A stretch of DNA of 63,340 nt, counting the filler, from Octopus bimaculoides (lineage: Eukaryota), in NCBI RefSeq assembly GCF_001194135.2. It is 7 parts of 6 records of this genome, joined end to end, with 100 filler letters (N's around TTAATTAATTAA, not from the genome) between each part and the next. Parts side by side here need not be neighbours in the genome. Positions count along the whole stretch, not along the records: positions 1 to 8,401 come from NC_068982.1; positions 8,502 to 22,726 come from NC_069005.1; 5 more parts are not named here. One strand, given 5' to 3'. Below are positions 1 to 13,040 of the stretch, piece by piece. The first letter of the stretch is position 1; every line of letters begins with the position of its first letter. A model generated the notes under the pieces. That model did not search any database, was not told the origin of the DNA, and was given only the letters and a program-made list of their open reading frames with translations. Made by a program: the position numbers and the translations under genes.

Positions 1-39
<39 letters not shown>

Positions 40-264
40 CTTTAGAATTATTCAGACAATTGTAAAGGAATAGGGATTTAGAATCACCTCAGATAAATGA
101 ATTAAACTCTACTCATTTGGAATGGTAAATCCTTAGTTCGCTTCAATGGAATTCATGTAGTATACAGAGTATTTTAGCATACAGATTATTTTAGCAGTGA
201 TAAAGATAGAAGAGTTATACATCCTTAAAATTTAATAAAAAAACATATTCTTCATATTACATAC

Positions 265-338
265 CCACAAGGTTGTTTCTGCTCAATAAGAGCCTCAGGA
301 TCCTTTGAGTTCGTTTCACCCACCCAAATAGGAAACAA
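265..338 (-). CDS. Candidate internal exon of an unidentified gene (LFPIWVGETNSKDPEALIEQKQPCG in phase 0)
   Basis: Minus strand ttattgtAG acceptor, 74 nt open, GG|GTATGT donor; no recognisable homology. Confidence 0.25.
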
Positions 339-558
339 CTACAATAAAGCTGTATAGGATTGTCGACCTTTGGATTTAAACATATACTACAACTAATTTG
401 ATTTAAGTCGATTAAATACACAAAACTATTATATTCAAAAGGATCCGTAAAACACTTATTCAGCTGACACATTTGACGGACTGTGATATGGAAAAATGGA
501 TTTTAATAAATAAATTTCAAAGTTGTATAGCTCTCCGTTCTTCATTATTTATTTATTC

Positions 559-590
<32 letters not shown>

Positions 591-617
591 GCATTTATGT
601 ATGTATGTATGTATGTA

Positions 618-661
<44 letters not shown>

Positions 662-739
662 CTACTGTTTGTGCCTTATTTGAGTTAGTGGTGTTTGTAA
701 ACGTGTAAGTGAGTTCGTGTTTTAGTTGAGCTTTCGATG

Positions 740-1450
740 CACACATTCAAGTGTATGTATCTGTTCAACTCAAAGAACCTCATATGGAGAATATTTGGAA
801 TGTTTTGCAAATTTGCACTGTGCTGCTATGATATTGGATTTGGAAAGTGTGCGTCAGATAGGATTTCTAGGTGCTTGTGTAAATTTGTAAGTACTTAGCG
901 CAATGGACAAATGATGAGAGGTACAAATGAAAATTTGTAGTTGCGATACAAGAGCTGCAATTTGTGCATGAATTCGCCATAGATTTTCTCTTGTTTCTAA
1001 ACTTTTGATGGTGCATTCGCATTCACGAAGCAGTATTCTTTCTTCTTAAAGGTGTAAATTCATGCTAGATCTAACATGCATTTAATATATTTGCAGGATA
1101 ATCCTTCTTGCTCATAGCATTGCAAATAATTTTTGCAACCATATCCTTCTCAGGGCTACGGAGAATTCCCTAGATATTTTGATGCGGCTGCTGCTGATGT
1201 GGGTGATATTTTCCACGTATATATGTCTCCTCTATTTTTTTAATTAATATAAATCTTCCACTGAGGAGGGACCCGGTTTCCAACAAAGATACACGGCTCC
1301 ATCTTTGGGATGTAGTTAACACAGACAAATTTACATTTGGGACTTGGGTAAAGTCTTGCATATTCTTACTGTTCCAATCACAGATTGCACTTGTAATGTA
1401 CAAATTAGCAGGTCGATTTCTCATTCTGTTGATCCAGATTCTCGTTTCAG
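740..1450 (-). mobile_element. Older decayed 3' fragment of an RLE-type (R4/NeSL/CRE-like) non-LTR retrotransposon
   Basis: Frameshifted peptides VENITHISSS..., DMVAKIICNAMSKKDYP and KIYGEFMHKLQLLYRNYKFSFVPLII parallel the adjacent copy at 1455-2040. Confidence 0.65.
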
Positions 1451-1454
1451 AGTT

Positions 1455-2040
1455 TACTAACAAACCCTAGTGCTCCAATTATCATCGGTATGAATATGAA
1501 TTGATAGTCTGAAAACAGAAGCTGGAGTTTTCGAAGCAGTTGTCAATAGATATCCTCTTTTTCTTTAATTTTCAAAGAGATATTTATATCTGCACTGCAG
1601 TTGACCTCTATGATGGTACATACCTTTGCCCTTCTGTCCCAGACAACAATATCTGACCTGTTATGCTTACATTATTTGACAGACGTTTTCATGGAAATAT
1701 TCCACCAGCATTGCTTGAGTTGGTGTTTATAAATGCATTCCATAACAGGGATTTTCTAAGCTTATTTCATGATAGTCTTTTTTACGGAGGGTATTGTAAA
1801 TTGTTTTAGCAACAACATCGTGCCGTGTAGGGAGGTAGTACCGTGAAGACATTTTAGGACAGCTGCTAGTTACATGCGTAATATCTTCCACTGAAAGATG
1901 ATATAGCCTACATATGCGGTTGCCTCTTGGGATTACAAAAGTGTCACTGTCTCTCTTGTTCACCAGGTTCGTTGTGGCAATCTCATGTTCTTGGATTCCA
2001 AACGCATCGCCTTCAAACTGTGATGTGATGTCGTGGTCTC
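1455..2040 (-). mobile_element. 3' fragment of an RLE-type non-LTR retrotransposon (CCHC knuckle plus restriction-like endonuclease)
   Basis: TSQFEGDAFGIQEHEIAT...CRLYHLSVEDITHVTSSCPKMSSRYYLPTRHDVVAK, then WWNISMKT..KHNRSDIVVWD..IIEVNCSAD..KEKED..FIPMIIGALG, with stops and a frameshift. Confidence 0.9.
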
Positions 2041-2271
2041 GTGTCTAAGAGAGGCTGCGCCTCGTCACAATTTTACTGTCGTCTTCAATCTTTTAACTCT
2101 TATCCATGCATAGTCATTTTTTGTATGTTAAGTACTTTTCATCCAGATCTTCTCTGAGGTAAGAGAGCCCAAGTGTATATATGCCTGTATGTATATATGT
2201 ATGTATGTATGTATACATGTGTCCATGTATGCATGTATGTATGTATGCATGTATGTACGTATGTATGTATG

Positions 2272-2302
<31 letters not shown>

Positions 2303-2854
2303 GGATGGATGGATGGATGTGCGCGTTTTGAATTTTTTTCTAGGACGCTTTACAAACGGTATTGAATTGGTTGTGGCACTGTAACGCAGTGGTATAAGAA
2401 AAGAAATATTAGACAAAGTACTGCATTTAAAAGTAAGTTCAGAGATTTTCTTTTACTTCTAAAGCCTTCAAGGCTGAAATGTAGCTTGATCACAGACCAT
2501 TGACTGAAACAAGTCGAATAATAAATGAATGCAAAAGAATACAGCGTATTATTTAGCAGATTGTTAGACGAAACGCTTTGCCGTTTTATCTTATGTCACT
2601 TTAAATTCCTCGTAAACAATGTCTTCTTTCAATTTACTTGTCGTCGATACAGTAAATACTAGTAGCGTTACTGATGGTAATCAAAGTTATACTGATAAAA
2701 TGTCTAGTTCATACGTCTATGTTAGAATAACCATGACACAAAACAAGAACACACATTGAAAAACTAGACCGATATAGAGAGAACAGTGAACAGGCATCAC
2801 AAGCCAGACAGAAGATTTTCTTATAAACATAAATTAATAATAAATTAGTGATCT

Positions 2855-2962
2855 GGTAGAACGGTTAGCACGTCGCGGAAAATGCTTAGTGTCACTCCGT
2901 CCGTCGTTACGTTCTGAGTTCACATTCCACCGAGGTAGACTTTGCTTTTATTCTTTCGGGGG
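2855..2962 (+). mobile_element. tRNA-derived SINE family B, 5' part
   Basis: Head tggtagaacggttagcacg...gagttcacattcc (A/B-box-like), then gactttgc..ctttcgggg. Confidence 0.7.
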
Positions 2963-3003
2963 TTCTCTCTGGGTTTACATGACACCATTACCGCTCATAA
3001 CCC

Positions 3004-3037
<34 letters not shown>

Positions 3038-3149
3038 TATGCACACACAGAGAAAGAGAGAGAGAGAGAGAGATAGCTAAGTAGCTAGAGAGATAGATAA
3101 GTAGGCAGGTAGGTAGGTAGGTAGGTAGGTAGGTAAGTAGGTATGTAGG

Positions 3150-3181
<32 letters not shown>

Positions 3182-3813
3182 CTGATTGGTTTATTCCGAT
3201 TCGGGCATACATAAATTTCCATACTCATTACCGAATTTAATGGTGATATAATCCCTCACCTGCCAGTTTTGGTTTGGTAGCAGACACAGGAGTTACATGC
3301 TTGCAACCGCAATTATACATTCAGAAGTACAAACTGAATAAAGACTGTATATAATTCAGCAGTAGTAACTTGATAGCAATCTGAAATGGTCTTCTCACAC
3401 GCCACCATGACTTATATTTCCTTTTCCGATCAGATTTATAACAAATTAACTGCGTAAATTATTAGTTATATAATAATTCAATCAGATATACACAACTTCG
3501 ATGAAGTTACTGATATTTTATATCTATAAACGTGTCAATATGTCTAATATATAAATGTTAGCTGTAAGTTATTAATGAGTATGTGTGTGCGTATGTGTAT
3601 GCGTATGTATGTGTGTATGTTTGCGTATGTTTGTTTATTTGAGTATGTGTGCATATGTATACGTGTCTGTTTGAGTGTGTGCTTTTGTTTCTTAATTTAA
3701 CCGAGACTCATATACATTTGCGAAATTACAAATATATATGCAAATATGATTTGGTAATCATTTATAATTTGTCGTGTAAGTACTGAGATTTTATAGACAT
3801 ATCTGCATAAATA

Positions 3814-3851
<38 letters not shown>

Positions 3852-4259
3852 CACACACAAACAATCTAAGTACTTAACACCCTGCTCCTGAATACACAAA
3901 ATATCATCTAATATGTATATATTTTTGCAAATTCACACATTTAATTTTAAACACTGGGGTCGATTCGTTAGACTAAAATTCTTGAAAGCATTGCCCCAGC
4001 ATCCCTGCATGGTCGAGGTCTAATAGCTGAAACAAGTAAAAGATAAAAATAAAAGATGAAGACATGTCTAGGTTTAGCTCATACATGCATGTGTAAAGAG
4101 ACATGCTATTAGTTTTGTGGTGTTGCTTATCACATACACACAAACAGAATAATTACATTCTTCACCAACAAGAGTTAAAAATCAAATAGAAACATTTCAA
4201 GACTGTAAAATAAAAAAAAAATGCTTGAGTGAAATTAATCATCGTCAAACAGACGTTTA

Positions 4260-5025
4260 AAGTTGCCAGTAAAGATCTTCGTTGTTAGGAGAGAGTAGCA
4301 AAGAAAAATATAGATAACAAGAAATTGAAACAAAATAAAGCAACAGTTTACAGAATTATTAAAGGACAATCGATAAATGTCACATAACCCGCTGCTCATG
4401 AAGACAGATAATTTCCAGGAAAAATATTTGGCAGTGAACGAAAGAATTTTAATTAGGATACAGTGTGACTAGAAGAAATCTGAAACAATTATTCACTCTG
4501 TATTACAGCAAAGGCATACAACGACAGAAGAGTGACCCTAGAGACAATGATTTAAAAGTTTTAGGATTGGAAAGCACCTAAAAGAGATTTGATTGTCGGA
4601 GATGAATAGAAAAATCCGACCTTCTATCGAAATATGCTATAGCAAACTCTCCATGGAAATATAAATATATTAGATTGATTGTCGCTGGCTGAATCAAAAT
4701 TGATATCCCAAAATAATATTGCTCAAGTGGAAAAAAAAAAAAAACCTAAACAGAACTACTGTCTGAATCTCATGTATAAAAGTATAAAACTTCTACGAAC
4801 ATATTCGACCAAAATCACCAAACGTAGGCTGGGTAGTTGCTGAATAATTTTTGATTAAAAATTGCGATGTCACAGGTGTGGTGGCATAGACGTATTTTGG
4901 TCATTATGGCTGAAGTAACAGAAAATAGATACAGGAAATACTCTTAATGCCACTAATAGTATATTTGAAGGTAACTGTCTTGCTGCCATATTGTTATCCT
5001 TTCAGGAAACTCTTCTTTCAGTCAT

Positions 5026-5057
<32 letters not shown>

Positions 5058-6330
5058 TCATTCTTTCTTTCTTTCTTTCTTTCTTTCATTCTTTCTTTCT
5101 TTCTTTCTTTCTTTTTTTTTATTATTCACATGAAACAGAAACTAAAGCTTAACAAGCGCGTTCTGTGTGAAGGATCTGAATGAATGTTCAAGGAATATGT
5201 TGTGAAGTAAAAGTTGATGATATTCTCAGATGGCATTGGGCTGGGGTTTGGCCAGGATGATGATTATTCAATGGTTGTAAAACGGGATAGTACTACAAGC
5301 CCCTCTATCAAAATTGTTATTAAGTGGCTGATTATTTCTCCTATTTGATGAGAAATGACACACAGATATTTAAGGATGGAAGAAGAGGTATCCTATAATA
5401 AAATCTGAACAAGAAATATCGTAACTAGGGAATATAAAACCAAGACACAAACACGATCCTCAGGCATCTCTGTTTAAAATACAATAATGACATACAATAT
5501 ATTTGTTGTACTAGATTTTATAGAAACATTTGCACAAGGTGGTTGCACTTTAGATGAGACCCGGGCTATTGATGTTAAAATCTTACTTTTATTACCCAAC
5601 ACCAGAAATTTCCAAATCAATATGAGTGCCTTTACTTAGTCTCGAAGTGCACCCAAGGATCAAATTTGCTAATATGAGGCTGGTAAACATCATGTGATAG
5701 GAGGAATGCCCTAACTAGAGACCAGCAATACATAGCTAGAGACGTAACACACTCTGCTGCCACATATCATTGAGCGAACAGATTTAAGCATGTCAACAGA
5801 AGTACATAGCGATAGTTATATATGCCAGAAGCTTCAAAGTGGTCACAACAGATAAACAGACTAGTCTGATGTGGATCAACAACAAGGATATTAGCTTACA
5901 ATTTGGAAGATATATTATTACCATACAGGAACAAGAATAAGAATAAAATGATTACTGTCTTCAACGGATAGAGACACTACTAAATCAGAGATCCCAGGAG
6001 CTATGCAGACTATAGAATTTACACTGTGAATATCTCCCATATCATAATTAACCTGAAAACGTTATACAAATATTCTTCCCTACATACTAAGCCCGACGAT
6101 AGCACCAGGTATCGGCAAATTTAATGTGTAGAAGGATAACACTGAAGGTAATAATATAAGAATCAACAAGAATGTGAATTATACAATCACCAATGGCACT
6201 ATCAATATCTCGCACTTAGCACACCAGACTTAATGATCAGGTACTGGATATAGAAATTTCGCAGAGTAATGGACTTGAGTAGCTAGGTAAAATTAATGCT
6301 TAAGATTAGCTTAAACGAAAACAGTGATGA
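4260..6330 (+). mobile_element. Highly decayed RLE-type LINE (RT to CCHC region), interrupted by (TTTC)n
   Basis: Degenerate peptides resembling WKAPG (4570), LIPK..YRPIACLNLMYK (4700-4790) and SLMWINNKDISLQFGRYIITIQEQE (5865-5940). Confidence 0.6.
5025..5115. repeat. (TTTC)n microsatellite
   Basis: Direct reading. Confidence 0.95.
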
Positions 6331-6784
6331 CGATCTGATGAGAAATCATCAATTATTCCACCAATCTATAAAATGAGAAATGTATATATAATTATTGGTG
6401 TATTTAGATACGTAACTAGCGGCTACAGCACAATCTTTTGAAGCAGAAAAATTACTGCTACAACCCAGTAAAAGCTTTGACACCCATAGCTGCACCGACG
6501 TATGTCGGTGCAGGCATGTATACATGCATGCATGCCTGTTTGAATAAATGTGAACTTGCATTTATGCATATATATATAGTTGAAATTTATGGAAAAACAA
6601 AAGACGAAGACAGTTGTATGAACAACAAGCAAGTTTATTACTTTGACGCTTGAGAAAATGAATAAGCCTTTTAAATTTCGAGCCCACGCTCTTCAAAAGA
6701 AACGAGTGACAGAAAATAAACAGAGAGGGAATTAAAAAACAGGCAGATTTCAGCGGTCCAACACAGTATATCGTTCAGCCACAC

Positions 6785-6850
<66 letters not shown>

Positions 6851-6872
6851 TGTATATATATATTTATATATT

Positions 6873-7440
6873 TTTTCAAAAGCTCGTAAATGTTTGAAAT
6901 ACATTTATTTACATAAAGATTGTTACTAAAATTTTGTTGTTTTTTTTTTTTGCAATTGAGTCTTTCTTTTCTGTTCTTTATACTGCTTTTTCTTCTTTCT
7001 AAAGGATATTCAGTTGTGGCTGCTATTTTTTTAATCAATATGTGTTCCTTATTTAAACGGAATTGGGTTGAATTGTTTCCAGTGCATTGATAGAGAGGGA
7101 TGGTTTGGCATTTAGGGTCTTTGTCTACGAGCAATTAGTCGAGGTGCTGGCCAACGGGAATTTTCCTAGCAGTGGGGTCCCGGATTTGTTGGCTGTGCAC
7201 CGTAAGTCTATCCCTGAAAGTTAAGCTTGTTTGACCAATGTAGTTTCCACCACAACCTCCACATTTCAGAACATAGATTAAATTCTTCGAAGCACAGGTG
7301 AAGTCATATTTTATGGTAAAAGTTTGGCCTGACTTAAATTTGTATGTTGAGCCCTCTAAGAGAAAGGTGCAAGTTCCGCAGTTTGGTCGGTTGCACTTTT
7401 TGACATGTGGGGTTGTATTTTTGGTGGGTAAACATACTGA
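6873..7440 (-). mobile_element. 5'-truncated Penelope-like element: Zn-finger linker plus GIY-YIG endonuclease and shortened 3' end
   Basis: KCNRPNCGTC...FTCASKNLIYVLKCGGCGGNYIGQT...RLTVH...VGQHLD*...RLNKEHILIKK, with one in-frame stop at 7135. Confidence 0.9.
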
Positions 7441-7454
7441 ATAAAAAAATATAA

Positions 7455-8340
7455 ACCACAAGGAAAGGAAAATATACTGATTGAAAAATATAAACTACAA
7501 CTGAACATCCTTTAGAAAGAAGAAAAAGCAGTTTAAAGAAGAGAAAAAGACTCAATTGCAACACAAATAAAAAAACAAAATTTTAGTAACAACCTTCCAC
7601 CCGGGTTTTAAAACCGCAACTCCAAATCACCACACAAACACAAGATGCCGATGTCACCCACCTCTAGTCCAATTAAATTCCACAAACACCAGTTGCTGAC
7701 CTCACATAATTCCAAACCAATCAAAGCCGACCTTCAGCGAATACAACGAAATGACCCTTTAAGAGAACCAACCAACCAGAATGACTTATAACCGTATCCA
7801 CAAGGAACCCAACAAAGCAGAACAACAAGCTTGACCACGGAAGGGAAACGTCATCAATGTTTCAACGAATCAAAAATCAGATCCGTTCGCAGAAAAAAGA
7901 AATTATAAATACATCTGATCCCTAAACATACCATTACAAGCGAAAGGGACTATTTAAAGAAGATCTGAGAAACTGTAAACCAAATTCCCTTTTTTACTAT
8001 TTTAATTCTCACACTTGTGTTTTTTAGTATGACATGTCGACCAAAACTGAAATTAATGAACGTTGTACTCTCTAAAATATTGAATATACAGTTTTAATTT
8101 ATAACTTACACCTTCTGTTTTGAACATGATAATTTATCAACTTTGAAACATTTTAATTTATCAACATTGAAACATTTTGATTTGTCAACATTGAAATTTT
8201 TAACGATGTTTCTCTCATTTTAAAACTTTTTCCAATGATAGACAAAAACTATTGTTGAAACTAATTTGGTATATATGTAAATAAATGTATTTTAAACATT
8301 TACGAGCTTTTGAAATTTAAGTTATTTTCAACAACACATT
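7455..8340 (+). mobile_element. Inverted pseudo-LTR/3' region of the same PLE family
   Basis: 7496-7592 is the reverse complement of 6920-7018 and 8274-8315 is the reverse complement of 6873-6915; begins with KENILIEKYKLQLN (GIY-YIG end). Confidence 0.7.
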
Positions 8341-8401
8341 TTCCTATATTTATTTCCTGCGTGGAAACACTACTCCCTCTTTTTGCTATATATATATATA
8401 T

Positions 8402-8501
8402 NNNNNNNNNNNNNNNNNNNNNNNNNNNNNNNNNNNNNNNNNNNNTTAATTAATTAANNNNNNNNNNNNNNNNNNNNNNNNNNNNNNNNNNNNNNNNNNN
8501 N
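8402..8501. other. Artificial scaffold gap: 44 N + TTAATTAATTAA + 44 N. The linker recurs at 22771, 42344, 51990, 56299 and 61671
   Basis: Identical 12-mer centred in about 100-bp N runs; it encodes stops in all six frames. Confidence 0.95.
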
Positions 8502-8684
8502 AGGACAGACGTGAACAACAACAACTATAAAATGCCAAAAGTTTTGGTTCGTGACTTTTGGCCCATTCTCTATCCATCCATCCATCCATCCATCTATCTA
8601 TCTATCTATCTATCTATCTGTCTGTCTGTCTGTCTATCTGTCTGCCTGACTGTTTGTAGCTGTCTGTCTATGTATGTATGTATT

Positions 8685-8945
8685 CCTGTGCAGGTGGCAC
8701 GTAAAATGCACCATTTTGAGCGTGGCCGTTGCCAGTTCCGCCTGACTGGCCCTCGTGCCGGTGGCACGTAAAAGCACCCACTACACTCTCGGAGTGGTTG
8801 GCGTTAGGAAGGGCATCTAACTGTAGAAACTCTGCCAAATCAGATTGGAGCCTGGTGTAGCCATCTGGTTCACCAGACCTCAGTCAAATCGTCCAATCCA
8901 TGCTAGCATGGAAAGCAGACATTAAACGATGATGATGATGATGAT
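8685..8945 (+). mobile_element. Family E short retroposon / RTE-like LINE 3' tail
   Basis: tggcacgtaaaa repeats, gttggcgttaggaagggcatc...ccatgctagcatggaaag..ttaaacgatgatgatg; near-identical to 46080-46420. Confidence 0.8.
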
Positions 8946-8997
8946 ATATGTGTATGTATATGTATGTGTGTGTGCGTGTGTATATATACACGCGCGG

Positions 8998-9030
<33 letters not shown>

Positions 9031-9080
9031 CACACATATATATATTAAAACGTAAAATTAGAACAGAACACAAATTTGCA

Positions 9081-9153
<73 letters not shown>

Positions 9154-9535
9154 AATAATTAATAATCTGAAATATTAGAGACTACCAGTGGCCTAGCATG
9201 TAGAAAAATTAGTCCATAGACTATATATTATTCATATAAATACAGTGAACATTTAAGCACATAAGAGGTATCCATCATGCACGCTAGAGAGGGCAGTTAA
9301 ATTCCAAACCACTGTTAGGGATAAAATTTCGAAGGGAATGAAAAATAAAAAAATAAAAGAAATATTATATATATATATATATAGGTTCGCTGAGTTGGAG
9401 GTTAAAATAACCGTCTAAGGGATAGAAGTATCCATTATGCTACCGGTATATTGCCTATGTTTAACCATGGGCATACATATGCAAGTATATTATGCTCATA
9501 AAGGATAAACATGAGCTTATGAAGAATTAAAATTT

Positions 9536-9714
9536 AAAGAAAATAGAAAATGGAGAAATATCGATGAACAACAATGGATGTACATCAATTATTATTTAAT
9601 AATTCAATACAAATAGACTGCATCCCATGTATTCTATTTGGTTTGAATTAATAAATAATAATTGATTGAAGTCAATTGTTGTTCATCAATATTTCTCCAT
9701 TTTCCGTTTTCTTT
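9536..9714. repeat. Long imperfect inverted repeat (foldback), about 85-bp arms with a 3-nt loop
   Basis: Arm aaaatggagaaatatcgatgaacaacaat...aaatagactgcat, loop ccc at 9624-9626, then the reverse-complement arm. Confidence 0.85.
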
Positions 9715-10040
9715 ATGTATATATATAAAAATATTAAATGCCAAAACGAATTTCTGTGTGTCACACTTTGACTCCTCTCTCACTATTCAATGACACTTCT
9801 ACTATTCCTCATGTTGGGGTGAGTGTAATAGTAGACAAAGAGATGGTGAGGGTGGTAGTAGATTGACGGTTGTGATGGTAACGGGGTGATAGTGATAGTA
9901 TGAGCTGTAGTTGTAATAGAGGTGGAGGTGACGGTGATGATCGTGATGGTGGTGGTGGTAGCTGAGGCGGTCAGGGATGACGGTGATAGTAAGTGATGTG
10001 AAAGACAGTGGTGATGGTGGTGGAGGGGAAGGCGGTAAAG

Positions 10041-10457
10041 TCTTTTACTTGTTCCAGTTCTTAGACCGTGGCCATACTGGGGCAGCACCTTCAAAAGTTT
10101 TAGTTGAACAAATTGACTCCAAGACTTACTTTTTTTAAGTCTATTACTTATACTATCGATTTCTTCTGCCGAACTGTTAAGTTATGGGGACATAAACCCA
10201 CCAACACTGGTTGTGAAGTGGTGGTGGTGGTGGTGGTGGTTGGAGGGACAAACACAGATACAAAGACACCACACTCATAGATATATACATATGTATATAT
10301 ACGATGGGCTTCTTTCAGTTTCCTTCTATCAAATCCACCCACAAGGTTTTGGTTGACCCAAGGCTTGACAATAGAAGACACTTGCCCAAGGTGCTACGCA
10401 GTGGGACTGAACCCAGAACCATGTGGTTGGTAAGCAGGCTAGTTACCACACTGTGCT
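10041..10457 (-). mobile_element. SINE family A (tRNA head, ccttgggcaagtg core, central microsatellite, gactgaaacaagtaaaag tail), near full length
   Basis: Reverse complement of the copy at 38001-38349. Confidence 0.85.
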
Positions 10458-10500
10458 TCAGCATGGCCACAGTCAAATGACTGAAACCAATAAAATACAT

Positions 10501-10578
<78 letters not shown>

Positions 10579-10975
10579 GCGATGACTGTGTTAGTGGTGG
10601 TGGTGGAGGTTATGTGGTGGTTGTGACGATGGAGAGGAGGAAAAAGAAAAAAAGAAACCACAAGGAAAGAGTAAGAATGTGTTGTTAGCAGTGGGGGGGG
10701 GTGAAAGGAACAGTGAGGAGGGGGTTTCAGGGGGCGCGGAATTTGGAAATCTCCCAGTTGTACACTCCTCTCTCACACACACACTTGTACATTCATACAA
10801 ATAAATCAGTGATGAAAGTAAATGTATATGTGTGTGTGTATATATACTTTGTGTGTGTGGCACTTGTTATGTCTGTGCATGTGTGTTTATGGGTGTTTAT
10901 GTGTGTATACTTGTGTGTATATATACTTTTTGTGTGTGCGTGTATGTGTATATATGTGTGTATGTGTATGCATGG

Positions 10976-11014
<39 letters not shown>

Positions 11015-12522
11015 CTTTGTGTGTGTGGCGCTTGTTATGTCTGTGCATGTGTGTGTGTGTGTGTGTGTATTCTTCAAGTTTGGAATTTCCCTGCTTCCTC
11101 TTTTAGTCCTCTTACACCGTTTCCTGCTGCCTCCTCCCCTTCTCTCCACTTCATTCTTTTAGTTTCATCATTGGTATTTTTATCATCACCGCTACTCACC
11201 AATCCTCTCCCTCCCCCCGTTGCTCTAACCACCACCACCACCAACATCATCATCAGTGGTAGCAACGCCAGCATCCCCATCACTCTTTCCAGCTTTTGAA
11301 CACCAATGACTCCTCCACCATTGCCAACACCACCTCTCCCTCTGCCACAACCCACCCTACCCCTTCCCACCAATGCGGAGATCCCTTCTGACCTTTATAT
11401 GTCTGTCTTTCTAGCTTCTACTTTTTCTCTTTTTATTCCTTATTTCTTTCAGCCATTGGACTGTGGCCATGCTAGAGCACTGCCTCGAAAGGTCTTGTCA
11501 AACAAATGATCCTTATTCTATTAGTCTTTCAGCTGTGAGGTTACGCAGTCTCCCTTGGTTCACTGCAGAAATGTTGCTTATCATTGTAGGGCCCTGCCCA
11601 AGGATTTATGACAGATGAACTGTAGACAGGAACTTCACTGCAGACCAGCTCCCTAGCTAGTCCGCAGCAAAGTGCCATTTCACCAAAAAGCCAAGTAACG
11701 ACACACACAGGCAGAGTAATTAAAACGCCTTCCCCGTTCCCGTGACAGTCAACAGTTCTGGTGGGGAGCTATAAGTAGGACACTGTGCAAGGATTTATGA
11801 CAGACAAACTGCAGACAGGAACTAGGGAACTGGTCCACACCGAAGTCGACTTCCAGTAAAGCAGGTTTCTGTTTTGAATGCTTTATTATTAGTAACAATG
11901 GTTATATTTGGTGAACTGATGCTCAATCAGTCTCCATAGTCAACCATATTTGATCATTCAGTTGCAGCTCAGTCGCATTTCATGTAGGCTAATTTTTTTG
12001 ATGCATTTAACAACAGAGAAAAACATGTCTTAAACACTGGCAAAATATAGCATTTTGCTATTGATTGTTCAACATGATTGATAAAAATGCTGTGTCAGTC
12101 ATCACCAGCCACCATACGGGACCTGTGCTTAAAGACGGTATCCTCAATTTGCCATCAAAGTCAAGGTTGTTAATTTTCAGATTTATTGATTTGTCGGTGT
12201 CGATGTCTTTTCTTTGTTTTCATCATTGCTGCAAGTCTGTTCATGAATATGAAATAAAAAAATCATAAAAACTGAAAAGTGTGAAGCCTTCCTTTCAACT
12301 TCCTACAACTGATAATGATCAATAAACACAAATTATCCTCAGCCATTGCTATGGTGACATCGTTATGTGATAGTAATATAAGACACTGGACAAAATGAGT
12401 GTCAAAAGCGTTTTCTCTTCGCATGTTGTATGTAGGGCAAATCAGTTTGATTGAGTTCTTGTCTCTCTCCATCGTTTACCCAGAGAAATGCTCATATAAA
12501 TTCAGTATAACACACCACTTAC

Positions 12523-12577
12523 CTGTGGTCTCCATTTATGGCGAAGCGTTCTAGACCAGGGGACCCCCGGCCACCAG
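12523..12577 (-). CDS. Candidate 55-nt exon; two open readings (GGRGSPGLERFAINGDH or WWPGVPWSRTLRHKWRPQ)
   Basis: Strong CAG|GTAAGT donor, GC-rich body in AT-rich flanks, weak gacAG acceptor. Confidence 0.3.
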
Positions 12578-13040
12578 CTGTCGGTCATTTAGTATTGGGT
12601 TGCACAGAAAGAATAGATTTAAAAAATTTATTTCCCTTTTTATTGATTATTTCAATTGGTGTTTTTGCATTATGTGTGTTGTCATCGATAGTAGCAGCAG
12701 CTGTCCATTGTCAGTGTTGACTGTTCTGTTGAAAAGAAACCATCTCAGATGGTGAGTCAGACAGTTGACTTTGCTCTCTCCAGGTCTCTTTGCCGATTGC
12801 TGTAGCAGCTTCCATGCAAGTTGGTACCCATTTGGCTGCCAAAACCTTCAAGCTGTTGGTCTCAGACTCTTCCACCTTGGTTATCTGCTGCTTCACTGCG
12901 TTTGTGGCATGGGAAACTAAGAGGTTGCTAGCATTTGTCTAAGGTGCTACTTACTCTCCTTTTATACATGTCTAAGGGGCAACTTACTCTCCTCTTTATA
13001 GATGCCAATGGCATGGATGTTGTGGAGAATATAATAATAC

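Noticed and set aside
3258-3345. Minus-strand CAG|GTGAGG donor with upstream acceptors
   Set aside because: All frames from the good acceptors contain stops; at best non-coding.
6330-6360. CTGATGA as a hammerhead core
   Set aside because: No stem II, GAAAC or stem III arrangement follows.
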